From assembly GCA_964187785.1 (NCBI GenBank), contig OZ076418.1:15748001-15812000 (forward strand): 64,000 nucleotides of DNA, written 5' to 3'. A program made the translations under genes and the position numbers. Shown here piece by piece: positions 35,801 through 45,324 of this stretch. Position 1 is the first letter of the stretch. Every line of letters begins with the position of its first letter. Under the pieces are notes generated by a model. It had not been told where the DNA came from, did no database searches, and saw only the letters and a program-made list of their open reading frames with translations. The DNA is from Amphiscolops sp. MND2022 (taxonomy: Eukaryota).

Positions 35801-37709
35801 TGAGACCCTGGGCAAGGCGTCGATAAGCACATGTTCTGCTTGCAAAGTTAAAAGCGAGCATCTGGATAGATTGGTAGTCGGCCATTTGGAGGCAGTGGTA
35901 AGCCTGGGAGCAATCCAGTTTGCAGAAAAGCTTTTTTCCTGCCATGTGTTGGGCTGCATCAGATAGGGTGCTTACCGGGTGGTTATTATTGGCGTAATCT
36001 TCAGTGATAAGATTATTGATTTTCCGGAGGTCGACTAGGAGTCTAAGGCGCCCATTTGGTTTGCGTTGTGCAAAAATCGGGCTTGCATATTTGGAAAACG
36101 GTAGAGTTGTGATTATACCGTACTTGTGTAGAAGCGCAAGTTCTACTGTGATGTCATCTTTGAGGTTGATTGGAGTTGGCAGACTCTGGCTGTAAGCTGG
36201 TCTGTCGTCGTTGGGTGTTAATTTCACTTTGAATTCGCGGTTTATACCGATATCAAAACGGTGTCTGGCGAAAATATCATGGAATTCGACGAGAATTTCT
36301 TCAATCTCTTGTTGTTCGTCTGAGTTGAGTGTTGTGTCAGACCAGTCTAAATTTGAGAGGAAAGCTTTCCTGGATGATTCATTGTCATGTGGGTTGAGTT
36401 TTTCAAGTTCTTTTAACTCGAGGAGTTCGTTATATATACGTTGTTGTATCTGAGTGTATGTTGCGGGATCGCCTGGGTCTTCTGGGGTAGGGAACCAGTA
36501 CGATTCTTGTTCAGGAGTTGATTGTGGTAGTTTGAGGAGTTCGTTGATGTAGACTTCTGTGGTTTCTTCATGTTGTATCATAAACGATAGTACTGCTGGG
36601 TCTACTGGTTGGATGTGTTTGATTTGTTCTGGGGTCAGAATTTTTAAATCCTCTAAATGGGTGTCAATGGTTATTGTATATGGCAATTCTGAACAATTGA
36701 TGATCTGGTAGCCGATAGCATTATTATTAACTGTGCTAAGTGATGCTGTAATAAAAATACTATCGTGGTTTTCAAATTGTTGTGATGGAGTGACTAGTCC
36801 GGTTGCATTATGGTCCATCAGGTGAGGCATTTTGCTTGCTATAGCAAGTGTTTCGCCTGGCCTGAGTGTGTAGGTATTTTCTGCAAACAATGGTGTTGCT
36901 TGCCGTATTGCTGTTTGGGTATCGGGTTTCAGTTGCATTGAGAGGTAAGGAAAGGTTAAGATTCCTTGTGTGACATCGAAAATTGCATTGTTTCGGCGAA
37001 GGAAACACAATCCGATGAGCGGGTTTGGTAGGGTTTTCATGATGATGAAGTTTTCCTTCAACATGAAGTCTGCGACTTCGAACTCTAGTAATACTGTACC
37101 AATGGGGACTTCTAGTTGTCCATTTGCCACAATAATTTGGAAGTTTGGTGGAGGACCAGTTTCTTTTATCGCATCGTTTGCGAGCAATTTGATTTTGTTG
37201 AGGTCTTGTTCGGAGATTGCACTTGTGAGAGCTCCTGTGTCAATAAGACCATCAAGTGTGAGGTTTTGGAAGTCCATTGGAATGTAGTACATGTGTCGTT
37301 TGCGCTTCAATGTCAAGGATGTTGAAATTGGGAGGTATGACAAGTTGCGTTCTTTGTCAAATTGTAGGTGTTCAGCTAGGTCTTCACTTAGAAGGGGTTG
37401 TTTTTGATCATTGCAAGAAGTTTTGATAGTGACATGATTTTTAATAGGTGAATCGTGGTGAATATTGAAGTCTGGGTCAATTTCAGGATGGGTTTGTTGT
37501 TTTGTGAAGTAGTTGTCTGGAGCATCACATAAGAGTTCGTATAAGTCTTCTGAGTGGTTATCCGTTGAGTGTTGAGAAGTTTGGGTGTTTGATTCTGTTT
37601 GTACGAGTGTTGTTTTTGTGAGTTTTGGGCTCAACTGATGCTGCCAGTCATCAGATGAGTTTGGTTTTTGTGGTGATTTTGTGTAAAGGCGTGGCGTTTC
37701 TAGTTTAAA
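32817..37709 (-). CDS. pol of element C (PR-RT-RH-IN), open over its whole length
   Basis: LIDTGALTSAI protease; LLVDLRKIN, KLDCSQAY and QYVDDIG RT; SDASF, TDNRS and ADFLSR RNase H; HGHNSNH..CQIC, MDILP, IDVFSRY and IIPDLG integrase; WCGPYKV GPY/F motif. The frame is open upstream to the slippery site. Confidence 0.97.
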   Translation of the reverse strand, partial: FKLETPRLYTKSPQKPNSSDDWQHQLSPKLTKTTLVQTESNTQTSQHSTDNHSEDLYELLCDAPDNYFTKQQTHPEIDPDFNIHHDSPIKNHVTIKTSCNDQKQPLLSEDLAEHLQFDKERNLSYLPISTSLTLKRKRHMYYIPMDFQNLTLDGLIDTGALTSAISEQDLNKIKLLANDAIKETGPPPNFQIIVANGQLEVPIGTVLLEFEVADFMLKENFIIMKTLPNPLIGLCFLRRNNAIFDVTQGILTFPYLSMQLKPDTQTAIRQATPLFAENTYTLRPGETLAIASKMPHLMDHNATGLVTPSQQFENHDSIFITASLSTVNNNAIGYQIINCSELPYTITIDTHLEDLKILTPEQIKHIQPVDPAVLSFMIQHEETTEVYINELLKLPQSTPEQESYWFPTPEDPGDPATYTQIQQRIYNELLELKELEKLNPHDNESSRKAFLSNLDWSDTTLNSDEQQEIEEILVEFHDIFARHRFDIGINREFKVKLTPNDDRPAYSQSLPTPINLKDDITVELALLHKYGIITTLPFSKYASPIFAQRKPNGRLRLLVDLRKINNLITEDYANNNHPVSTLSDAAQHMAGKKLFCKLDCSQAYHCLQMADYQSIQMLAFNFASRTCAYRRLAQGLSRSLSAFSSFMREYLDRAIKADQCAQYVDDIGIAANDTKQLCINIKTVFECIRNAGLKLSMSKCHFGVKQVDFLGRTITSDGVAPQADKVKDFLAKLKFPKSKKALQRYIGFLKYYRNYIPRLSERLTPFFKLLKETSKFYVPTNLVEDFTNLNQLLENSCQLALKQPLKDKQLIVMSDASFTAAGYAIMIEDDPNQKLQSKRKTYAPIAFGSKTFNPTQTKMSIYAKEFLSIYFAFVEFGHLMWGSTFPVIVFTDNRSVTRFFQTKMIPPALWNACDYVLQYNFVIAHVAGSMNTAADFLSRTEVNPTGKLEMTIRNDIHTKAIEVNIQSTGIVEEGQIYILPDEEIDENQLWEEKQNTRNQAQIETHNDPENDVSELQQFHKPTSGLISCSSGHFKDNARIRLEQNNDIVLRNLRAKIEGEPFDENELASDFRYQHYLENITRIEIKHEVLTRKYYTDTGMISHYQILLPIQLLEELLQALHGHNSNHPGITKMIQETRQKYYYPCMAKYIKKWVSNCQICIQTKRINNDLLRTELLNCPEWDLGPKDILQMDILPNLPPSGGYDHIITAIDVFSRYLFAYPATRITATAVSKVIMDILCKHTYLPTTIIPDLGTQFNAQVTHEIAAVLGIEMKHATMKHAQTIGLLEKTHASVKTHLKAATGEFRNNWHKYLPLAVLNHNTTYHASLGCEPSRVFHGRIPHNILDYKLGYNPNPRYQPQTDIAEEIQKRMRTLLDQTKKNIMQSYLKYKAYYDRKAKAAPLETTDHCYILNPKADTQATKIPFREFRWCGPYKVEKVLPNNNYIVRRLGTNKTQLLHRIRLRKFTPQAPLADIFVRETDWQKDDQMTIANDDLYAQSWNTNFGANPFDDIPSDAIHTTEDTEYVPIQIPDNSRPPSPVSSKNSGGSPVDQTTEPDQNHGNHADEIPQQSNDDDNNTQKTQKDTNISTDDDTQKTPENSRNTPLQEEPIKTRGEKYNLRPNPNPNYSDSYRY
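37703..37709 (-). other. -1 ribosomal frameshift heptamer U UUA AAC at the gag/pol junction
   Basis: Gag frame GAT TTA AAC TAG; the -1 frame GGA TTT AAA CTA.. is continuous with pol. Confidence 0.75.
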
Positions 37710-37720
37710 TCCTTCGATGA

Positions 37721-39391
37721 TTAATGTTGAGATCGTTCTAGTTTTGGTCTGATTGGTTTTTTGGCTTGTTTATATTCTTCTATGGTCTTCTTTTGTGCTT
37801 CTGTCAGGTTCCATTTCAGTGGACGATTTTCCATATTAGCACCGAAATAGCAGTCTTCTTCTTCGTGTCCAGGTGTGTTGCAGTTTTGGCATTTCTCAGC
37901 ATCTGGATCCTCTTCAAGTTTGCGACGTTTAGCTAACTTTGGACAGTCAGCTACTATGTGGCCTGCTTCTTTGCAGTAACGACATTGGTCATTTTTGAGG
38001 GTTTTGTCCGGTACTGTTTTGGGAGTTTGTTTTTTGTTTTTGTCTACTTGTTTTTTGTTGGTTTTTTCAGTTGTTTGTTCTTTTTTGGTAACAGTCATTT
38101 GAGTTTTGACGAGAGATTCATCAGACTCGAGACCATTGAGTTCCATTTCTCGTTCTAGATGTTTAACAATCTGGTCATAAGTACCATTTTCAAGATAAGC
38201 TTGATTAATGGATTTTTTAAGGTGGGGAGGCATTTTGGCATAGAGTAGATTCTCTATCATTTGGTGGGCGTTCTCCCCAAACGCTTTTTCGGCACTTTCC
38301 TGGAGTTCTTCTAGAAAATCCGGGAGTTTTTGGTGTTCTGGGTCAAATGAGAGTCTGTTAAATCTGTGTTTTGCAGATGCACTAGACTCCGGTTTTACAT
38401 ATTTTCTGCGAAAGACTTTCAGAATGTCTTCTAAAGTTGTATTTGGAGTTCGCTGTATATTTTTGAAGGTTTTGAGGGCCAAACCTATGAGATGGGCGTG
38501 AAAATGATTGATTTTCATGTCCTCTGTTAGGTTTGGTTGCATTCGGAGTGTTGTGTGAAACAAGTCTTCGAAGTATTCAAATTTTTCGTTTTTCTCGTTT
38601 TTTCCGTTGAAGGTGAGTGTATTTTTAGGATGAAACAGTGATTGTGGTGAGTTTTTGTTCGCCAGTTTTTCTATGGCAAGTGCTATTTGATTGACTGGAT
38701 CAAGTGGTGTTGTTGTTGAATTTGATGCATTTTGGTTTGCGTGGGATCCTGTTGTGTCGTTAAGAGGATTTTGTGAACTTTGCCTATGGAGTTGTCGGTT
38801 GGCTCCTGTCACCATGTGATAATCCTCTAAGGACTCTGCATCAGATTCTTCGTCTGAGTGTATTGTTACATCTACATCTGATTCAGCCCGAAACATAGGC
38901 TTAGCAGGATGTCTCAAGTCTTTCATTTTAGAAGCTCTTAGAGGATGATCTTCATTTTCTGAATCTGAATTTTCGTTTAAAGATGCGTGAACTCCTATAG
39001 ACTTGTTAGTTTTAGACCCCGACGCTTGGGGTTCCTAATTTTCATTAAGCTCTGATCTTGGGTTTGTTACTGTCGATGCACTTTTGTTTGACTTGATTTC
39101 TTTCAGAATTGCTTCAAACTTGTTGTCTATTTCTTCTCTCATTCTCTCGATTCTATCATTATTCTTTTGTTCTACAATCTGGGTCCAAGCTTGGATTTCG
39201 TTACTAATTTGGCTTGGTTCAACCATTGGGTTTTCTGAGACGTTTTCACCTAAATTCTCCTGTAAAACTGAGTTAAAATTAGTCAAAGTCTCATTACCTT
39301 GAGTTGACGTATCTACTTGTGCCTCAATTGGGGTTCTGTCTGGAGACGGTGTTTCTAGCCTTCTAGATCTCCTGTTTCTCTTATTCCCCAT
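37721..39391 (-). pseudogene. gag of element C, beginning inside the 5' LTR; nonsense codons at 39035-39037 and 37721-37723
   Basis: ORFs 39035..39487 and 37721..38926 are in the same frame; the 3' LTR has CAG where the 5' LTR has TAG. Capsid-like KFEYFEDLF..HFHAHL and two CCHC knuckles (CRYCKEAGHIVADC, CQNCNTPGHEEEDC). Confidence 0.88.
38797..38814 (-). other. PBS of element C (TGGTGACAGGAGCCAACC, most like tRNA-Leu), translated as part of gag (M-V-T-G-A-N)
   Basis: Abuts the LTR end ..ATCACA; resembles the tRNA-Leu PBS TGGTGTCAGGAG. Confidence 0.75.
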
Positions 39392-40360
39392 CTTTCTCAA
39401 GTGAAAACGATCGATTTGCAGGGTCAAGAATTTGAATTTGAGATGAAAGTTTGTATGAAAATAGACTGTGTTGTTTAGGAAGTGCAAATATGAAGATGAT
39501 TTACAATGATTGCTTTATGGTCCAGTAAAAACAGACTGGACTTGAGGAAAGTTATTCAAATTGTGTTAGCTCCTTCTATTTCTAAAGAAAATCCAAAAAT
39601 TACAAAAGGATGACACGCAATTTTACTAGCATCATTCCCGGGAAAACCTAATAATAGCGCCTCGTCAGAATGTCGTCATCCTATTTATATACTATGAGTT
39701 ATCATATCATGACATACAGAAACGATTCCGCTGTCTAAGAGACCCAAGAAAGGTATTAAACAACGATATTTTATGGACTTTTAACACTATATATGGAAGC
39801 GTAAAGTTAATCCTTCAAATTAAAAGGAACATAGCGAGAAACGCACAATGCCGAGTACTCGCTACTCCTTGAACCGTGGGATGACGCATATAAATTTGGA
39901 TGAGAAAATATGTATACTGACGTATATTCATCACTGCATAAACCGCATAATGACGCATAATGAAAGTCACAAATACGTATAGTGACGTATACTCATTAAT
40001 GGTTGAAACACATAATGACGTATACTGAGAGTTACAAATGCGCGCAGTGATGCATATTCAATAGTACTCATATCGCATGATGACGTATCCAATTAATACC
40101 ATTCGTTCAGAATGAAACTGCACTGCACATGTGTTATTTGAACTAATAAAATCATCATTAAGGCTTTTGGAATTGCCCAAAGTACATCAAGATGTTACTT
40201 TTACAAAGTAAAACAATTAAGAGACCCTGATTAGAAGTAATATATTTACACAAGTTACATGACTAGTGGATGAGTTTTTAGAGTTTGACACAACATTGTA
40301 GGCGTTGTTTATCTTCTTAAAGATGCACACCGGACCCATCGCACCTTTGGGGACGCGACA
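38815..40360 (-). repeat. 5' LTR of element C
   Basis: Direct repeat of 24447-25992. U3 has a TGACG(T/C)ATA motif cluster (about 39880-40090). Confidence 0.97.
39684..39691 (-). promoter_or_regulatory. TATA box candidate in the LTR
   Basis: TATATAAA on the minus strand, downstream of the U3 repeat cluster and about 300 nt upstream of the gag ATG. Confidence 0.55.
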
Positions 40361-42204
40361 GTGACGAATACATGAAAATTCCGGAAAACACAGGAAATCA
40401 TTCAAAATGATTGAATTTTCACTTGCACATGAAATAAATTTAGGAATAAAGGTATTCTCATTGAGAAGTCATCAAAATACAGTAACATAGCATTACGATA
40501 CATATGCCGCAACGAACTAGTGAGATCTTCCTTACTAGTCCGATTACCAGTCATTAATAAGGGTATGATTTGGTGTTACGCGTGGTAATCAAAATCCAGC
40601 AAGTGACTCTGAGAGTCTTTTAGGAATTGTCAGAAAGTAAGTTTAGGAAAATTCGATAAGTAAAACCTTGCGTTTTTCATTGTGTGGAAGAAAAGGAGAA
40701 AGAACCGAATTATGAATTATGAATAAGAAGCATCGTCAATAAATCTGGGCCTTCGTAGTTTTGAAATAAAAATCGGTATGGTTGTGTTTGCTTTTCTGAT
40801 GGGAGGAAAAACCTCCATGCTTACCATTGGTAATCATTGAAACCGACAATTGTCATCGATATTAGACAACCATTCAAGTGTTTCAGTTTTACATGGAAAC
40901 CATTGAACATTTTCTATGGTATTTCTCAATGAAATATATTTTATGTTCAAGGAAATTTTGTAGAATTTTTCGATGCATGAGAAATAATGAATGTGTGGAA
41001 AAATGACGTCATCCATTGACAAATAATTGTGATTGGATGAGATCATTCGCATCGAGTGCCACTACCAATGATTCATTAATGTGAATTGACACCTTATGAT
41101 ATTAACTATATACATACAAGAAAAATGTTACTATAACCACACATTGCTATTCATGCTCTTCCACAGTTGGCAAATGTAATTTCTTATCCTCTTTTTAATA
41201 TTTTTTTAACGTAGCGTTTCAATTTTCCGGAACAGTAGATTTGAAAAAAAAGATAAATTCTGATTAATCCAAATCAATCATTTCCTCAGAAAAAGGATTC
41301 GACATTGAAAAAACTTTGCCAACTTGTAATTACTGATCATCGCCTAGTTAGTAGTTAGTTAATTAGTCATCACCAAATGGGTATTTGGGGAAATTGCGCA
41401 ACAGCGAAGAAGGAAAAAGAACCAAACTGCCTGTGATCTGACTGGTTGCGACATCTGTTTATGCGAATAGATTTTTTCCCACTTGGCTCCAAACCCACAG
41501 ATTAGCAGAGGCACAGACTTACGTCGATGCTTTTCTGATTCCCAAACTATCAAAAGCAAATTTTTTTTACATCTTGCCGAGCAGAATATAAACAATTTAT
41601 TAATGATTTAGGCTGCTGATCATTGTTGACCGAGCACAAAAGGGAAGACACACCATAACTTAACTCATTACTTATCTGCCTGATTTCTGACTATTCGCTA
41701 AACCAATTGAATTTCCTTGAAAAGTAAATTCCTCGAAAGACCAAGTTGCAAAACCTCATGCCAATATAAATGAATCATGTGATTGGGGTTCTATAAGACG
41801 TCTATTTTTCCTGAGATATGGCCCTTTTCTGCCCCCACTGTCAATTTTTTTTCAATAGAAAATTTCATTTTTTTGTGACTCAAAACAGGAAGCTGTTAAT
41901 TTCCTAATCAAAAACGAGTGACTTCATATAAAAAAATAGTGTGAGCGAAATTTGTATTCGGATCCCAAACAGCCACCGGGAAATAAATTGTTGGTGCGGT
42001 TTTTAGTCTTTTTATTGTAATATTTTCCCTGATTTTTGAAAAAAATTGATGGTAGAGCGAAACAGAAAAAAACCCAAACATGAACATTCAAAGTTCGATG
42101 CAACTTTCAGTAAATGAGGGAGCTTAATTAAAAGCACAGCTAATTTTTTTCCAATTAAACTGGGAATCGAAAACGTTGAGTCATCCTTTCCAAGATAGAA
42201 CAAA

Positions 42205-42336
42205 ATGAAGAAGAAACTACTGAAGCCGAAGCAGTCGCCCACCAAACAGCGTCCAGGGTCGCGAGGTCCCCCAGCAAGGAAACGACCCTCCTCACAAATG
42301 TCAAGAGAATCTCCAGTGCCCCCGGACGACATGTTG
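42205..42336 (+). CDS. Candidate first coding exon of the plus-strand host gene
   Basis: ATG AAG AAG AAA.. reads MKKKLLKPKQSPTKQRPGSRGPPARKRPSSQMSRESPVPPDDML, with donor GTAAAG. A phase 0-to-2 linking exon to 45325 was not found. Confidence 0.4.
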
Positions 42337-42607
42337 GTAAAGTGAACTGGAAGTTGTACATTAAAAAGAAATCCTTTCTAGGAGACGGTAAAAATTTTCG
42401 ACTATATGCACTCGTACCTTTTTCTCGTCCGACCTTTCAATAAAATTAAAATTTCAAAAATTGTTCATACGATTTGAAGGAACTTTTCACAATCATTCTA
42501 CTCTATATTAGGGTCCTAAGTGTGCAATTATAATAGACCAATGGAAAGATTTGCTAGGAAAGTTGAATTAAAACCGTTTCGTAATAGCGACAAAAGTTTA
42601 TTGTATG

Positions 42608-43667
42608 TGTTACGGTAAGTGTATTGTATGTCAACGTAAACGCATGCTAGCACACTTCATGGTAAACTGAAGAGTATTGTCTCTTTTGGCAGGTACTAGT
42701 AAATATGTCTAGCCGAGGCTGACCCTTTCTCTTCAACATTCCCCCAATTGCGGATTAAGGAATTATGTGAACCATTCTTCGGTTTCCTTGGGCGAGCGTG
42801 TGGGTTTAGTCTTCTCGTCAGAATCCAATTTCGGCATCTTGTAGGCGCGCATGACACGTCTTGGTGATGTCGTCTCTTTTTCTAAACCAATCAAGTATTT
42901 CAAAAAAACTCTATGCCTCCCATTTTCTCTACTTGTTTTGGGGTTCTAATTCTCCTAGACCTACAAACATTGTTGTTTTTTTCCCCGGAACTTCCGATAA
43001 TTTTCGTTTCCTCCCTACCGACCTTAAATCCTGTTGAACCTTCCCTGTTACCGTGTACTTTATCTCCTTCGGGCCACCCTGCTGCAACGTCGGACGGTTT
43101 CGTTGGAGTGACCGGAGGATCACGTCCGTTGGTGCGAAGTGCGGTACTGCAGCCGATCGGTGAGGTTGGCATCGGAGTTTGCGTGGTTAGTGTTTGATTG
43201 GCGTGGCGGTCGATGTAGGTGCACATATCTCCGTCACTTCGTCTGTCTCGGTCACTTCACCCGTCACCGAGTGTTCTCGCCTTGTGTCGGTTCATCTACT
43301 TCTGTGATTTGGCTATCCGTCGTGAGGGTAATGACGGTTCGTTCCTCCGCTTCCTTCATGGGTAGTTTGGAGAAGAACTTGCTAGTGCTGGGCTCGTCTT
43401 GTTGTTTGTATTGTTTTGTGCCATCAGTTGTTTGTGTGTCGCAGTACTTACCGTGACTATATTTTCCGCATCTACGACATCGATTGGTAGGCTTCCTGGC
43501 TCCTTCCGATTTTTTCGAGGGCTGAAAATTTAAGGGGTTAGACGGCAGTTTCTTCACAAAACTAAATCGTATGTATAGTATAACACAGTTTACATCATGT
43601 AGAGAGAACATTGTCCTTTTTGGCAGGTACTATCTAATTAGTCTAGACTACTGCTACTTCCGTAACA
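42608..43667 (-). mobile_element. Internally deleted Gypsy-like remnant: 131-bp 3' LTR, pol C-terminal tail and a diverged upstream LTR
   Basis: PPT GGGGGAA followed by TGTTGAAG..CCGTAACA (42738-42608). Related motif TAGTACCTGCCAAAA(A/G)GACAAT near 43610-43640. ORF tail ..RSRRIRTPKQVEKMGGIEFF. No TSD found. Confidence 0.55.
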
Positions 43668-44194
43668 GTGAACACGTTGATCAAACAAAAGTTTTTTAAC
43701 GAAAAAAACCGCAGAGTGTCCAAAAAACCGTGGGCCTCCTGCTACAGGGGGCACTTCGAAACAAACAAAATATTCTTGGTTTGGTTCGAAACTCGAATCC
43801 CTTGTTCCTGCTTCTCAGACCTCACCACTAGGACAGGAAATCCGCGTTAACCACTGCATAGTGGCAGTGAGACGTTGCTAACTTTTAGAAATTGAGAAAC
43901 GCTCAAACAAATTTGGGAGTTCGCTGGCCTTAAAAAATGAAAAAAAAAATTTAGACAAAAAATAATTTTCGAAAAATTTTACAAGGCTACAAAATGTAAA
44001 GGGGCAGACTCTTAGGCATTTTCAGCATGTAATTTGTTGCAAAATATCAAAAATTTGAAGAGGGACCCTTTAGAGACACTTAAAAAAATTCGAAAAAGTC
44101 TCAGCAAGCCGAAAAAAGTCGGAAGGGGACCTTTCAGTGTCATCCAGTTTTGTATATGCTATCTTAAAAAAGAAAGAAAAGAACGAAAAAATTT

Positions 44195-44300
44195 CTGGCT
44201 GAAGCAAGGACTCGAACCCGCGACCGCTGGGTTCCCACCCAACGGATTAACCTCTGTACCAAAAAGTGGTACATACAGGGTGACCTCTGTGGTCTGACGA
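44195..44300 (-). mobile_element. tRNA-derived SINE head
   Basis: Minus strand TGGTACAGAGGTTAATCCG (A-box-like) and GGGTTCGAGTCC (B-box); no complete cloverleaf. Confidence 0.5.
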
Positions 44301-44379
44301 AAAATTAGCCTCTGAAAGAGTGGGGCATTTTTTCAAAAGCGCCGACTAAGAAGTACTCTCTAGCCAAGTTGCAACCAAA

Positions 44380-44990
44380 CTTTAGCAGAAGGTCAATGCT
44401 CGTCTCGATGACATCCTTGTTGTAACGAATATACTTCTGTAAAACTCCAGTTACAGCACAAGAACAAAGACGGAATTCGAACTAACTGAAAACAACAAAT
44501 GATCGGGTTGAGAGATAGACCAAATCAATTGCAAACCACCGAAAAAATTAGACGCATTAGACACAAAAACAAGCAAAAAATCAGCTGTTCTCAATGAGCA
44601 ATAGAACATTTTGCGAACGAACATGAACAAGCGTTCGAGTAAACGGACAAAATGCAGCAATTACTATGGAAATTGAAAAGTAGGACTAGAATGAAGTCTG
44701 TCAGACGAGTTGCGACATTCTTAACAGACGTTTTCACAAATTAGTCAAAACTGTAGTGACAACTGACACCAGCAGCTACTGTCTGAAGGCCGATCTCTGA
44801 ACAAAAAGACGAAACACTTCAGCCAATTGCATTCGCCATCAGGTTCTCGAACCGTGAATCCGAACCTTAAATACGCTACCATCGAATTAGAAATTCTGGC
44901 AGCAGTATGCGGTTCGAATACTTACATTCTTTTTATACGTCAGTGAAGAACCCTTGAACACCGATTATCAAGAACTGCAATCAGAGTACT
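44380..44990 (+). pseudogene. Highly decayed Gypsy RT/RNase H fragment
   Basis: ARLDDILVVT, TTDTSS, PIAFAIRF and YATIELEILAAV motifs in broken frames. Confidence 0.6.
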
Positions 44991-45324
44991 TCGAGAAAAG
45001 TTGTGATGGAATCAAAGCAGAAAGTAGCGCCAGTGAAATGTTGACACTTGTTTGTCAATACATTTGAGTTCGTTGAAAAGAAATATCTAGGCACCAATGG
45101 TTTTTCTACGAATCAGTTTGAATTAAACTTCTAAAACTCTGATATCTTTGTGAGAAATTAAGACAGCGATCACAGAACTATTGCTTGATAATAAATTATT
45201 ATCAAATATCAATAAATCATCTTAAATCATTTATCAAAACGTATTGGATGGTCCGAAAGTGATGAACTTTTTAGATTCGGAGATTTTAGAACTGTCGGTT
45301 GAAATTGGAATCGGGTTTTTCCAG

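Larger units (their letters stand above)
24447..40360 (-). mobile_element. Complete 15,914-bp Ty3/Gypsy LTR retrotransposon C with accessory genes
   Basis: 1546-bp LTRs (24447-25992, 38815-40360) with about 16 substitutions by eye; TG..CA ends; GTGAC TSD at 24442-24446 and 40361-40365; PBS; gag; 1605-aa pol; two extra genes. Confidence 0.97.

Noticed and set aside
40825-40913. Minus-strand exon resembling a K+ channel pore (CLISMTIVGFNDYQW vs ISxTTVGFGDY)
   Set aside because: It has a plausible AG..GTAAG frame, but the filter residues deviate and no flanking channel exons were found.
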